Shown here: positions 1 through 26,800 of the stretch, piece after piece
Position numbering within the stretch: position 1 is the first letter of the stretch
How the letters are laid out: each line of letters opens with the position of its first letter
Assembly: GCA_903813345.2 (NCBI GenBank)
Contig: CAIIXF020000001.1
Location: 10,044,001-10,108,000, forward strand
Direction: 5' to 3'
Length of the DNA stretch: 64,000 nucleotides
DNA from: Owenia fusiformis
Taxonomy: Eukaryota
Position numbers and translations under genes: made by a program
Notes under the pieces: model-generated
Seen by the model: the letters and a program-made list of their open reading frames with translations, nothing else
The model's database searches: none
What the model was told of the DNA's origin: nothing

Positions 1-270
1 GTTAAGTCTACTATGCCTATGCTGTAGTTTTTTGTGTGGCCTCTTGTTTGTGTATTGGTTGAGATCTTTGCAATGTCGTTAATGTCTAATCTGTCTAGTC
101 CCTTAGTGATTTTGAACATCTGTATGAGGTCCCCTCATCTTCTACGATACTGGAGTGATGGAATCCTCAGTGCTCTCATACGTTGCTCATAGCTCAAGTT
201 TTTTAAACTAGGGACAAGTTTAGTTCCTCTCCTTTTTACTTTCTCTACCATATCCTGATCAATGGTTCGT
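1..270 (-). mobile_element. Degenerate CR1-type LINE fragment (C-terminal part of ORF2)
   Basis: The reverse strand reads MVEKVKRRGTKLVPSLKNLSYEQRMRALRIPSLQYRRR*GDLIQMFKITKGLD...TRGH. This matches the typical CR1 ORF2 C-terminal pattern and has one in-frame stop. It runs off the window edge. Confidence 0.75.
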
Positions 271-549
271 AATTTCGCTGCAACCATGGGCTTTCAATAG
301 AAGGGTAGGCAACTTCCCATGTTTCATATAAAAGCCTTGTCTTAGGTTTTCAAAATTGGAGAAAAATGCTTCCTGTACACATTCCAAGGAAAATCTCATT
401 TTGTGCTTTTCACATATGATTTTAATAACCCAAAAATAAAAACATGATTATCTGCATACATATTCAGTGATCTCGGGAAGCTTTTAGTCTAGTGTTCAAA
501 CCTGATAGCGCCAGTCTCTTGTGCTAAGAATGAATGCCATCGGGATCTA

Positions 550-960
550 ATTATCCCATCATCGAACAAAGTTCGGAGGGATATAGGGAACACCTCCGTC
601 CGTTCGTACATCCCTAGTACGTCCGTCTGTCCATCCGTCTGGGCAATAACTCAAATACCACTGGCCCGATTTTGTTCATATACCCAATGGGGATAGAAGT
701 ACTGCTCGAAATCTGATTTTCAAAATGGCCGCTCAAAAAAAATTGCGGCCATTTTAGTGCCGATTTTACAGTTATTTAGGAACTGCATTTAAAACTGTAA
801 TAGCAATATGTTTTAAATTTAAAAAAGTTATATAAAACATTGATTAAGCTACAAATGTAAATATAGAAGAAATACATGGCAGCCATCTTGAAAAATGGCT
901 GCCTTTGCACGTCATTTTATTTCCTTGCTTTTTTCAGGAAAGTATTGTCTACTTTTAGTA
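550..960 (+). mobile_element. Truncated copy of the Helentron-associated (HINE/DINE-like) element at 10342-11486
   Basis: Near-identical to 10342-10720 (attatccc..tcgaac.aagttcggagggatatagggaac.cctccgtccgt; GTCC microsatellite; aaaatggccgc motifs). Confidence 0.8.
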
Positions 961-3051
961 AACCTGGAAACAGGTCAATGGTAGCTCCTGTGTTGTCTGA
1001 AAACTTTGAAAGAAAATTTGGAAAAATAGAAAGTGTGAAATATCAGAATTTCCTGGAGTTTCCATTGAACTCCTACCAGATATTCTAAAAGAAGACAATG
1101 TAATAATACTTTCTTGAAAAATGCAAGGAAATTGACACATTTCTCATTATTCTTACGACTTTTACATTGAAAATGATGATCTATCATTAAACAAATATCT
1201 TTATATAAAATTAGATCAATATCGGACCGTCTCTAGCGGTAATATTACAGATAATTGGGGAGAACATATCATTCAATTCGCGGGGCTCCACTAGGGATTT
1301 TTGCCATATTGTTTAGTTTAGGTATTTGATTTGGTTCATTTAGCAATCTTAACCGTAAACACAGTGTGGCAAATAAGAGGTCGCCAAACGCCAAAAACAG
1401 GGAGTGAAAAAAATTTGGCGATAGAAGTTGCGATCTATCTCAACAATTTCGGCGATGGATGTTAGAACTTCACAGTTTTTATCCCCGACATTCTTGAAAA
1501 ATGAAGTTTCATAGTTGATCCTATTCCCATTCACAAAGCTTTTTATTCTACCTAAAACATGATCAGAATAGAAGAACATAAAGCCACCTACCTTAGAGAA
1601 GAACAATTTGAAGTAAAATAGCCAGATAATCATCAGTATTTAGAAAAAAAACACTGAAAATCATCTAAATTTTGCCGTGAGCAGGCAGGAAGTTAGCCTA
1701 CTCAGAGGTAACAATTTTGGTATTGTATCTGTATTGATCGCACTGCCATCTTTATAACTTATGAAAAACTGTTGAAGTCAAGATTCATTTATACAACCAG
1801 ATACCTGTCTAGAACTCCTTGCACATTTGATTCCTTTATTTGTTTATCCTCATTAGACTAAAAAAAGTTCATGATGTTCATTTTAAAGAGGTTCAATTCA
1901 AAAAATGCTGCATTTTCAAAATATTGATCTCTCCAAACTCTGAAATAAAAGCTTCTTTGATGATACATACTCTAGCAGTATAGCCTAATAACACAATTTT
2001 CTTTATCTATATTGTTAGTACATACAACTCTAGTATAGACATTTGATCAGCATGCTCTGTCTAATTTACCCTCAAAAAATTTGAGTAAGATTTTTCCAAC
2101 GAACCTACCTGCCTAGTGCCTACCCCAAATCTGAAATTTCATTGATCAGGAAACAGACATGTGTGGCCTTTCCACTTATTTTAAGCAGTTTAATTTACCA
2201 TTCGCAATTCATGCACAGTTTAAGATGAGGGCAAAATTTATGCTGACTAGACAAAATTATGGCCAGACGAAAAATATTTTGGCGAGAGTGTTTCAAATGT
2301 CTCTGGACAAATTTGGCTATAGTGAAAAAATCCTTATTTGCCAGACTGAAACAATCCAATAACAATCCATTCCATTATTATACTCCGTTCTGATGTTGCA
2401 AATAAGTCATTTTTGGCAAGAAAACTTGGCCATGAAATTCCTGGGGATTTCTTCTTCCATATAGTATATCTAAAACAGTGCAGTGTTCTCCCCAGGATTT
2501 TACCTCAAGTGGGTGCAAATTTATTATTTTATAATTTAGACCAAATTTGGACAAAATGTGCCTATTTTTCATGTTTTTCTCATTTTCAAGTGGGTTCAAA
2601 TGGATTCTCAGTTGGCTATTATCAAAATCTGAAGTGGGTGTGGCGCAATTGCTGCTGGGGAGATCACTACAGTGTAATATCTTATTGCGCTCGTAAGTCG
2701 TAAGAATAAAGATCAAAATCTTCACTATCTGGTACTCTCAAATCAGAAAATTCACTAAGTAGTGAAACAACTACCTCACTACCTGATAAAAAAAGTTAAG
2801 TTCAAGGCCTGGGGTGTGTGAATACTAAAAGAATACTGTATTTCTACTTAATTTGGTGAAAATTACATTTTACAAGGAACAATTAGTCCTTAATATTCAG
2901 CACCATTTATCTTATTTGCTTTCAGAAAACTGAGAAGCAGTTGTAAAGTAGGTGCCATTTAGATATTGTACTGAAAGGGCACAGTAATACTACATACCTC
3001 AAAGAAAACTGCATATATCTAAGAAACTAAATTACAATCTAATTCTACAAA

Positions 3052-14875
<11,824 letters not shown>

Positions 14876-16542
14876 CACAATAACCATGGAAACCCAACAT
14901 CCCTGTGAAGATACAATATAGTAACTAAGGGATATAGACAACATGTTGCATCTTAGCAACCATATACATGAACCAATCAGCTGAACAAAACAATGAAGAC
15001 GATTATACCGTCTTGGAAATGATAAATTCTAGAACCAATTTACATGTTCAATAGCATATATAGAGTTAATATTAGATACCGTTTATATTTGATATGGAAT
15101 TGAACAATTGTCATTCATTTAGCCATTTGTAAGGAAATAAAGCAGAGTACTTACACTTGGCTAAGAAAGGGGACCACATACTTCAAAAACAAGTGCTGAA
15201 TATTGATATTGGTTTAATCATGCATAAAGGGAATCAATGATAGCCCTTCAAATTTAGGGTACCATAATAAAGATTGGTGTTGGATATGAAAGTATGTGGT
15301 CCTTAACCATCAATGGACAATTGGCTTGGAACTTGGAGCGTTGATAACTAGTGGTCTTTTGAAAAATGTGATGGTCTCGTTGTTTGACTAACAGAAGCTG
15401 TCTACTACGGAATTTATTTTATTTTAAAAATCTCATTTAAATGATATGTACAAGTGGTACATTTGTATATGTTTAATGTTAGTCAGATAATGCAGTATCA
15501 AATATTTATGTTCATTCAGGTGGTTGAACTTTTATTTTAGTGAAGACTGAACAGTGAAGAGTTTGAAGCTCCAATGTTCTGATAGGTTAACAATTAAAGC
15601 ACATGGGTGGCGAATGGCAGTGTTATTGCGAAGTTGGTTTGAAGAACAGTTACAGGTCTTCTGTATAACTGAATGTAAAGATGAACTCGGGTAGAGCTTG
15701 ATTCATAAAATCGATCAATTGATTTATTGAAGATATTATTCATTAAAATGTACTTGTCCATGAGTATTGCCATGTTATAGTAATCATGAATTTTAAAATG
15801 AATCAATATGACCAAATGAGAAATCACTGAATGCCAATACCAGCATTAAATAAGACATTCCCAGTGACTTGACTATGCACATCAAGATTTTATTTATTTT
15901 TGTACATCTTTTTTAAATCATATAGCATTTATACTTTGAGTGGTGCTAATTACGCACATTTTTGGTGCGAAAAACAAAGTTGCCATATTGACAAGTATTT
16001 AGGTTGTGTATGTAAATGAAAGACACTCAACCGACAACCAGTGATCCGCTCACTACTGCTATGAAAATCCATTTAGAAAAATGTAAAAAATAAGTACAAA
16101 GGGTTTGTCAATATTGTTTAATCGAGGCAAAGTGTATCATTGTCATATTATACATAAGAATGAATCTCTTGATATATTGATTGTTTGTAACTGTCTCAAA
16201 TCTCAATCATATACTGCTGAAAATTGAATTAGCAAGTCTATTTTTCAAGCTCTAGTCTGTAAAAGGATGGTAGTGTAGGTAGTGTAAATACAAGATCTGG
16301 TGAAACCAATTATCTAATTTCTCCAAGACCTCCCTTAGTCCTTCTTTATGAAGGGTGACAGGAAGGCACATGGACAAATTTCATAACTGGTATTTCGGCC
16401 AAGGGGATTGTGCAATACTAATGTGTATTCACGTCTTCATCCATTTCTTGTTTGCCATTGTTGCCCCCATGTAGAGCATGTGGGCCAGCCCAGGTGGCCT
16501 ATGTACATGTCATATTGTTAATTTTATATTAAGCCAAAAATG

Positions 16543-16548
16543 AATAAA
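16543..16548 (+). terminator. Candidate distal poly(A) signal of vasa (3' UTR up to about 1.7 kb)
   Basis: AATAAA followed by a U/GU-rich stretch. More proximal AATAAA hexamers also occur near 15136 and 15266. Confidence 0.4.
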
Positions 16549-16908
16549 TTGTTACTTTTCCATAAAAAAATAATGATTTCATTTGTTCTTTTCACGAGTA
16601 CAAATACATGAAATAACAGAGATTTGTATTGATATATTTTTACACTTTGAGAATCCTTTATTACCCCCATCAAACAACCTGGATACAAACCAAGATCATT
16701 GAATTATATCTGGAAATACTCAAAAATCCCAATGATATCTGGCAAATTGCAGCCCTCTGGTTTGCAAAATTAACCTTAAAGTAATTTTCTGCCCTGCACT
16801 CCACCCTTAACATATTCTTAGCATTTATACGAAATTCTTAAAATAATGACTTTCCGAGTCTCTTTATCACAATGTGGAATTTAAACACAAAATAAATGAA
16901 ATAGGCTA

Positions 16909-17173
16909 CTGTAGATTGGTGGATTGAAAAAATCTGCCAATATTCAGTTCTATTTTGGAAAATCCCTAGGAATTTGCATTTTGCAATTATTTCATTTGTG
17001 TCCGCTTTCCTATTTGGATGACAGTGCAACAACACATGAATCTGAAATGTTTATTTCAAAATCTATGATATAACTCTAGCGCAGTCCTGACTCTGCCAAA
17101 TCAATAGCCCGCCAATATTTGAAATTGAGAAAATCAGCCAAATTAAGTAGCGTCAAATTATAGTTATCTACAG
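16909..17173. mobile_element. Short TA-flanked MITE related to 19062-20017
   Basis: TA|CTGTAGAT ... ATCTACAG|TA; shares gccaaattaagtagcg.caaatta with 19960-20017. Confidence 0.65.
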
Positions 17174-17787
17174 TACATGAACTAGGTATGTTGAGCTGTA
17201 TAACAATTTTTGCTCTTATTCCTTCCCATGCCTACTTTTTAAAAAGTCCACCAGTTACTGACTTGATTGAATTTGGACACTGCATCTTAAGTGTTTGATG
17301 ACACCATTTGGATCACATATCTTTTAAGAAAATAACATTTTAAATGTTATTTGAAAATATTGCATCAAACAAGACATTTCATTCTCATTTATTCCTCTAA
17401 CCAAGAATTGTAACTTTTTTGAATGAATAAAAGCCTGTTTGCTTTATTTTGAGTTTCAATAAACATCCCATTGACAAAATTATAAAGGAGCCTTTGTTTT
17501 GGGAACACCCTCCCTGACTATGATAACAGCCAAAGAGGACCCCTATGGTAAATTGTATACCGACATCGTTCAAAGTCAACTATAAAATCACACATTTTAC
17601 AATAAAGCTTTTAAATAGGAGGTGCTAGTTATAAGCAAATATGCTTTCAGTATCTGTGATGAGTTCTGTTGAGAAAGGGAGATAAAAAAAAACATTGAAA
17701 TATTGCTTTCATTTTCAGGTTGTCCATAAAAATTGCTTTTAAAATACAATAAAACTTATCAAGGGTGACCATTGTCCACTTGTAAAA

Positions 17788-17875
17788 GACCAATCAGGCC
17801 AATCAGATGAATACACCTCCTTACAGAAAATTAGTACCTGTATCATTTATAGATGGCATATTAGTCAATCAGAAA
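17788..17875 (+). promoter_or_regulatory. Putative proximal promoter of ClC exon 1a with tandem CCAAT boxes
   Basis: gaCCAATCAGgCCAATCAG about 70-85 nt upstream of the ATG at 17876. Confidence 0.45.
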
Positions 17876-20800
17876 ATGGCAGCTGTATCAGGCGGAAGTG
17901 CTCCAGATCAGAGGAAACCATCCTTTGGTTATGAACAAACTCTGGTATGTATGTTCAATTTCTATATATCATTATAACGGTGAATTTGTTGAAAAATTAT
18001 ATGGAAAGTATGATTGCAAAGTATTCTCGGGAAAGGTCGATTTTATGTTCACAACAATTTTTTCAATTTTTTTTGTTTATTTTTGTCTAATTTTTTTTCA
18101 ATTTTTTTTACACTACAGAAGGGTATTTAAGACTATAAGTAAGTCTGTATGGTAGTCTATTCTGACTTATTTTTGTTGTTCTTGTGTACCTCCCAAACTC
18201 CATTCTAGCATAAGTTTGCTTGGGTATCATATCAGTTCAACGAGGGACCTCACTCTCTTCTCTCACATTCATGTACACTGTTATCTTGTTCCAACACCAT
18301 CCTCTTCGTTTCTGAACGTAGAGATAGTCTTGGAACGAGATAAGTACACTGTACACAGAGACATATATGTAAATTTTATATGTCTCTGCTGTACATAAGG
18401 TTTATTTAGGTGTGCTAGCTAGAGTACTTTGGGGCATTGTCAGACATGGGGTATTGTTGGACGATCTTCACTAATTCTTAGTTTTATATGATTTCTTTAT
18501 TGAAACTTCAAATTAGACACGTCGTTGTATTGTAAAGTGTCTAACAATGCCCTGTATTTGTATTTTCACTTGATGCTACATGGTCCCTCGAATTAGCTAA
18601 GCTTATATTACTGCAAGTACAAATGTAAGCTCACACACTGTTGATAAGATCAGGATTTTGTGAAAATATCAATCCATTCAATCCAGCTACATATTTCAGT
18701 ATTTTTCTTGTTGACTTAACAACAATTTCATTATATTAGGATGGTGCGAGAGTGAGAAATTGTTGAATGTCCTCTTGTTGACTAAATTCTGCGGCTAACA
18801 AGGGTCAAGAAATTGCTCACTTTTTCCTAAATTGTCCTTCTTGCAGTTGGTATTTTGCATGTTCATCAGTGATGGGACCATGGTCAAAAGATTGCCTGAA
18901 ATAAAAAAAATCCTATATATGAAAACATAGGCAGAGAAATAGTTATGAAAATATACACAGAGAAATAGGTATGAAACCCCCTTAAAGAATAGAAGAAAGA
19001 GGGGACAGTGAAGAACAATGTAGATAAAAAGGCTCAAAATATAATAATAAACAGTCATATACTGTAGATTGGGTTAATTTGGCGCCCGCTTTAATTTGGC
19101 GAATTTGGCGAAATTGAAAAATTCGCCAATATAAATCTTCGCCAAAATTTAGAATGAATCCCCGGGAATTATCTAGGATATTTCGTCCAGTGTATTAAGG
19201 TCACTTCCGGTTTATTTTTTCAAAAAATATGAAAAAATGTCTCTCATAAATTGGCTCAGAACTGGTCAGTCACTCATTAAAGCAGATATGAAATGGTATT
19301 TTTTAACCTAAAGGAATCAATATAATTTTTTGATAAATGTATTTGGACATATTTTCTCATCAGTATTGCGAAAACTATTTCACTCTAACGATCGTTATAG
19401 CTGCTTAATAAGCAATATTCGAATTGGTTGTGACGTTATTGGCCCCCACGTGATCTCTCACTGGTCCCCACATGGCCCATAACGTCATAATGCCAAAATG
19501 TTTTGTTTTGGTTTTCACTACAATCCTATGGTTGCCGTGACGTTGTGATTACTAAGGAACCAATAAACCAAAGCTATATTTTGTATATGACGTTACTTAT
19601 CACGTGGGGGCCAATTTGATTGATCAGTTAGTTTTATTTCGTTATTTATGACCGTTAGCAGTTATCTAACATTTATTTTATAATGACTATCGCAAGAACT
19701 CTACATTGGGCTTACAAAGGAGAAAACCGCATTTTTGTAGCTGCAAGTTGAGAAAAGCTATTTCAGTTGTCCTTTAATACTCAGGGAAGATTAGAAAGGA
19801 AAGGATGATCTCACAAAAATGTACAAACGTGGTGAATATCGCCAGTGGTCCTCAAAAGAAAAAATGATCAAAGCCAAACATGCCCATTTACATGGTAATT
19901 CGCAAACACCGCGTAGGTTTAACATCTTTTGCATATCCGCCAAATTAAATAGCCGCCAATATGCCTAAAATGGCAAAATCGCCAAATTAAGTAGCGCCAA
20001 ATTAACCCAATCTACAGTACTATACAGAATCAGTATTTTATCATTTCCATATTTATTGTCATGCTTACATTTATATATGTGCAATACTGCAATTAATTCA
20101 CTGCCTACCCCCCCCAAAAAAAAAATGCATGAATCATGTATTGTAAAGCTGTGTTTATAACTTTAATGGATCATAAACATTTTAAGGTCATTTTGGGTCG
20201 AAAATGTCATTTACTTGGCAATTATGCTGCAATGAAACAGTTGGTAAACAACATTTTCTGTTGACAATGACATACTAAGTTATCATCCCAGTTGCTAGTA
20301 AGACATAATTTAACTCTGGGCTAGGAGGTCGCGTAACATAAATGTCAGCTTTAGCCATAAAGTAAAATGTTAAGTCATAAGAATGCATCACAAAAACATC
20401 CCTATATATTCAATATTTTCCAATCTTGTTACATCTGATTTATAACTCTGGTTCCCATTACTACCTATTTGTACAATAGTAAAATATACAAACTGTGGTT
20501 ATGTAAAACCTGTATACTATGTTACTTTTAAAGCTTATAATGAATATTCAGTATGGCTTCAGAGAGATACGTATACGTTGTATTGCAGATCATGTTTGTA
20601 ATGTTATATCAACCTTTGTACATTTTTAACTGTAGGAAATCATATCTGATGTTCTCAGCAGTCCTTTCCATTGAAGATAATCGAAAATAGATTCTTATGC
20701 TGTAAAACCCATCTGGAAATTTTATTTTAAAATAGTAATAATTACCCTTTTGATATACATAGATTTTTAAAGGGTACTGTTTCATTTTTGGCTGCCATTT

Positions 20801-23800
20801 GAGGATTTTGACAACATTTATCAAATGATTTCTAGTTTGTATTGAAAGGTTGTAGATTGACTCATTTACCATTGTATGCTAATTCCTTAACAATATGATA
20901 ATTATAGGATATCCTATGGTTTTGAGGAATACCATTTTTATCTACGAGGTGATATTGATATCTGCACGAGAGAGCGAAGCGAACGAGTGCATATATAAAT
21001 ATCACCGAGTAGATTAAAATGATATTCTGAAAAAAATCATAGGATGTTCTTATTATCCTACACTTACAAGGAATGTACTGAATGTATAATATCATTGTAA
21101 AATTAATTCTATGCCAAATAGAGTCAATTTGGCGGGAAATCAACAAGCGGAGTATATCGTCACAATATCCTCCGCATATTGGGTTTTCCGGAGTATATCG
21201 TCACGATATCCTCCGCCCGGAGTATATCGTTACGATATCCTCCGGATATTCATTTTGCCAATAAATATCAAATTTATTTTTTCATGTTATTATACATTTA
21301 GTACACTAAGTGTAGGATAATAAATGTTCCGCATAATATGTTTTTAACAATGAGAATAATTTTATTCAAGTTTCATTTTTACTTTTTCTACGTTTACATT
21401 TTTCCTCTTTTTTTGAAATAATTGTCAGGAAAGAATTGTTTCATCAATGGGTGGTGGCTGATTAGTATTTGGAACTTACTTAAATGTCTCTGTGCATTAA
21501 GAATTAATATTGTATGTGCATGTTGAAATATAAGGAATCTATAGAGAATTTAAGAGATTGTCTTCCTTTATTAAAACATGTATAGATTCGGCCATCTGAT
21601 GTGCCAACAAGGACATTTTTATTAGTAACTGTAAAACTAAAATATTAATTACCCACTGCCTTGTAGTCTTAAATTTTTTTATTTTTAGTTATATTCATGG
21701 TTTTCTTTTATCAACTTACACCACTAGTTTTTCTATTGAGCTAAAAACATGTTTGATCATTGATAGATGTCTCTCATCAACAAAGGAATAGAATCATTAT
21801 TAGGTAAGACCATAAGAAGTAGATTCTTCATTTCATGTCACTGCATGCATGATACAGAGTTAATGAGATGAGCAAACTATGTCCCTATGTCATTCATATC
21901 TACTGATGTAGCAATGAAAATTGATCTTCATTTACTATAAGTAAATATAAATCTGTGTGTCGATTTTGCTATGTGAAGGTTGGCAGACCATGAACCAAAA
22001 ATAAGTTAAAGAATCATTGCATTGTTTTCATGAAATTTCTCCATCCTCATTCCAATTAATTAACATTTAGTAGAGGGTGTAGAACTCAAAATGTTTTAAC
22101 CCAAGGTTTTAACATAAATGATTTGCAAAATTTAAATTTCAGAATTTTAAATGTTTTCATACAATGTGGTTAACAATTCACGAAAGATGTTTCTCTCTGC
22201 CCTTATTTGGATGAATAATTGTTTTCAATTAAGCTACATACATGCAATATCTATTCCTCTAAGGGTTCAGTGGAGATCATTGCAGAATTTGTCTTAGAAT
22301 GGAAATTAAGTTTGCTTAAGAAGATTTAGTCTCCAAAGTCTCTGCAGGAATAAACTAGTCTGGCATTAATACCAGTATTTTAGGCCAAGAAAATAATAGT
22401 CTGTTTTCTGGTCATTTATTTGTAAATTCTAAATGCTTATATTCAAAGATATATGATGTGCAGTTTCTTTCTATTTTATCAGTCCACTCACTATTCAAAG
22501 AGAAATTATGATAAACTTATTTCTCTATGTAATGCATAAAGTTTTGCCCTTTTCCAACTTTTAAAAGCTTAAAAAGAAGATAATAAAGATTTCCATTTCA
22601 AAATAAAAATTAGGCCTGACTACCAAGATCTAAACTTAGAAATCCTTGACCAGAAACAAGAATATTTTTTCTGGCCTTATTTAGTCGATGATTCTCCATT
22701 TTTAGAACACACTCTTCATCACATTTATCTAAAGAAAAGCTTGTTAGTTGTGATAACAATGCACTTGAGGTATACAGGTAAAACATGGCCAAATTCTATA
22801 GCATATGACCTATATAAGTCAAGAGCAATAATTGAGTATTCAGCTTTAGGATCAAAATGTTTTTAGCTTGAAATAAAGAATTGTCTTTTTAAAGAGAAAA
22901 AGCAAAAAGGAAAGTTGGTGACTTTTGATTTTATTTTCCTAAATAACAATTGAACTATCAAATTCACAAAAGTAAAAATTCTGTCTTCTCTTTTTTTGAT
23001 GAATTCAGAAACATTTTGATGTAGAAACATTTATATTTAATGTTAGGTACACTTTATCTGTGGTCGATTTTCAGTACTTAAATTATCATTTAAAATAATG
23101 AAAGTCTGCATTTAGCCAAATATTTCTTGGCAATTTCCTAGGCTACCGTGAAGCAATCTTATATGTTGTATAAGATACAGTTTCTTATTCATTCCTATAA
23201 GATCAGATAGATTACCAGATTATGCCATTTTCCCAAATTGCAAAAAATCCAATCATACTCAAATGTAATATGACCAATAAATCAAAGCAACCAACTGGTT
23301 TAAATTGGTGATGGAATTAGAGGAGATTTACATTGATTATTCAAACTTCAAATTTCTGCAATGAGTAGGATGAGCTATAAATGTTAGGATAACTGAAATA
23401 ATTAGCTAGAGGCCAAGTATCTCAATCCGTAAAGTGCTTAAGTACGTAATATGTTCATTTCTAGTAATACCTGCCAATGCAAGATTGCTGCTCTTTAACT
23501 CTGCCTTAAAGTCTACCAAAGATAATTTCATTTTTTCACAGCTGATTAGAAAAAAACATGAAAAACATGAAAAATGCATACAAAACTTACCTTTATTGTG
23601 GAATGTGGATACTACAGAATGACTTACTAGTTTATTTATTATAGAGAGACAATTTGATGTATTAAATCGGTCAAAGGTCCGTGTGTTATCTAACTGTGCA
23701 AATAAAAACTCCACTTCACATTGTCTTTGCTGACAAGCTGAGAGATACATTCTCACACAATAAAATGGGGGAGTAGCTTCAATATAAATTTTTGAAGGAT

Positions 23801-26800
23801 CAAAATTATGGATTTGTTAAGCAAAATTGAATATATTTAGAATTTACCAATGGCTGGAGCACTTAATGATTTAAATTCAGAAGAGGGGATTTCTTCTCAG
23901 TCAGATGGTGCTTCAAAGAGACCCAATTACCAACGATCACGTTCTAGGGTCGCTTTGGATTATGTAAGAACCTTGGTAGGTATTGTTTACTTGTTAAATC
24001 AGCCACATATGAAAAATATTGCAAAGGTAAATCTGACAATGAAACCCGTTGATTGAGAAAATAAGTTTCATAATCTAAGTTTTGTTATTTAGTTTAAATA
24101 AACATATAAGTCAGATAGGTAATTAGGTCACAATATAACAATTACTTATGTACAATATGTACTAAAAACAACTTATCACAACAACTTGTGAACTTATCAT
24201 ATTGTTACATACAGTGTACAATGGTTGTATGCTATAGCCATTAATTGCAGATCCTCTTTTTGCATTTGTCTGGTTTTACTACGGTTTCAGTATGTATATA
24301 TAATATATATAGGTTATTTACTGGGAGGGATTAAATATGGGTTTTATTCCGAGGGACAATAAGATATTGACCGAAGGGTGATATGATATTGACTGAGGGA
24401 GCGCAGCGACTGAGTGTCAATATGATATTGCCCAAGGTCAATATTATATTTTCGGAGGAATAAAACCCATATTCAATCCCGACCAGAAATTACCTATTTA
24501 TTCCATAAAATGTATTCAGGGAGATCTGGACTTATTCTATTTGTTAACCAGATTGTGTGTCAAAATGTTAAATTGTCAAAATCTTGTATTCATTTATATA
24601 AATTGTCAACCCTCGAATTGCCTTAGAAAACAAATATTTGATAAAATAACTGTTTTTTAAGTTCAAGATATAGAATTAAGACTGGACTTAGCTAATCTTG
24701 AGAATCGTAAAATACTTTTGTCAAAGTTAATAAATCATGTTTTATTCCATAGTTAGCATGATATTCACAGGATAACATGTGAAAATAAAAACGGCATTTT
24801 TGTAATCAGTGGTAAAATATGATATTTTTGAAAATTTTCACTTAACCATAACATACGGTTTTTTAGCCATGACATACGGCGCCGTATGCGATGGTTAATG
24901 GATTTTTGCTACTTCAGACTCAAAACGAGGCTAAGTGTCAACATCGGCCGAATCGTTTGAAAAATTCGAATTAAATAACTTAATTTCTAAATAGAACATC
25001 CTATGATTTATGAGTGATATGATTTTAATCCACTCATGGATATTGATATCTGCACTCTCTCGCTACGCTCGCTCGTGCAGATATCATATCCATTCGTAGA
25101 TAAAAATCATATCACTCATAAATCATAGGATATCCTCTATATATTTGTAAATATCTAAAAATTATTTAAAATTGGATAACAAGTGATAAAAATGACCATT
25201 TTGATATATTAGTAAATCTAATAATCATTTGATATATAAATTGTTGGACCATAGATTTGCCTAAAAACATGAATATTTGAGGGAAAAAACTTTATTTTTA
25301 TAAGTTGAAGGTTAAGAATTAAAACTTGACAAAGGTTATCTTGAGTAGCTAAGATACTTTTGTCAGATTTAATACACCAGGCTAAAAATGACTGTTTTGA
25401 TAAATTAGTAAATCTAATGGTAAATATTGTTTCTTCTATAATAAGGTATATGGACGCTATACCAAAGATTTAGGTGATTATGCTCGAAAGGAGGCTGCAA
25501 CTTTGCACGAGAATGAGAGAGGATTCAGACAATATGAGACATCACGCTGTCCACGATGCAGAGGTATGACTTACTTTATCTTTGTTATAAATTTTGACAA
25601 GTTTGCTGTGAAAGACTTGAATTGCCTGTTGCCATCATGCAGTTTGATGCAAGTAATATTTTTGTTAGTTATGCCCCTTCTTGTCTTATAAAATTTGAAA
25701 AGTAAGTAAGTTATGTATTTTTGGGTATATGGTGATCTTTTGTCTCATTTCAGCATTTTGTCTTGGTGTGCGAGAAATCACTGCCAAAGTTGTTGCAAAG
25801 ATGGGGGAAGATTGGGTGTTCTTGGCAATACTTGGTATTTCCATGGCACTGCTCAGCTTCCTCATGGACTTCCTCATAGAAAAATGCCAAGAAGGTAAGA
25901 ATATATAACTTTTATTTTGTGAGATAAACCCAATTCATTATTGCTTAATCCCAGGTATTTTAAAAGAAAAGTCCTATTTCATGTCACTTTGGAAGTTAAT
26001 TCTAAGCTTGCCGTAACACTCCAACATGAGTCCATGTAATAAGTAATAATTTGTCCTTCAAACGTGGGTTGTAAATATTCTACAGCTTGCAAGAATAGAT
26101 CTTGGAGGATACTTTTCTCTATACTAATTTCCTATTTTGAATTGTTATTGTCGAGCATCTGATTTAAGGTGACACTTGATTATGAAATATTTCAACCTCT
26201 TCGTTCTACTCCTTGTAAAATGTAACATCTACAATAACATGATTATTTTCCAGTCTTTCCTTAATTTTTTTGAGTCATGGCAATCTGCGCGAGATTCCAT
26301 TTTTACTTGGTTCGATTTTTCGCGCATGTGCAAAAATAAAAGCACTTCATTCCCATGATTCATATTGCTTTTCTGAAGTTGGTTCGATTAAGGGCTTATT
26401 TAATACCTGGGGCTTAAGTTGTGTACCAAACGAGACAACACGACATCCGGGGCTTTATATGATCTGCATTACACAATGGTGTATAGAGGGGTCAGTTTTC
26501 GCAGACCTAGGTACCTTTTTCTGTCCCGTTTTGCGGTTATTTTACTCTATGGCATTGCAATCCGTTCACATCATTAGCTACATAATTGATTAACTCAAAT
26601 ATATGATATGTAAATAAGGGTTAATTGGAACAGAATAAACAGGGAAATGTACTTGAAGTGTGATTGCGATCTGTCAGTCAGTGTTACCCCCCTTACCTAG
26701 CTCTATAGCGCGGTATAAGGTGACCTGATTATGCAAATGAGAAGACCCCATTGGTTTCTTGTCAGAACAATCAAAACGGATGCGGACAATCTTTGTTTCA

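Noticed and set aside
1350-1720. CpG-richer patch as the vasa promoter or first non-coding exon
   Set aside because: Plausible, but no TSS or donor can be fixed from sequence alone.
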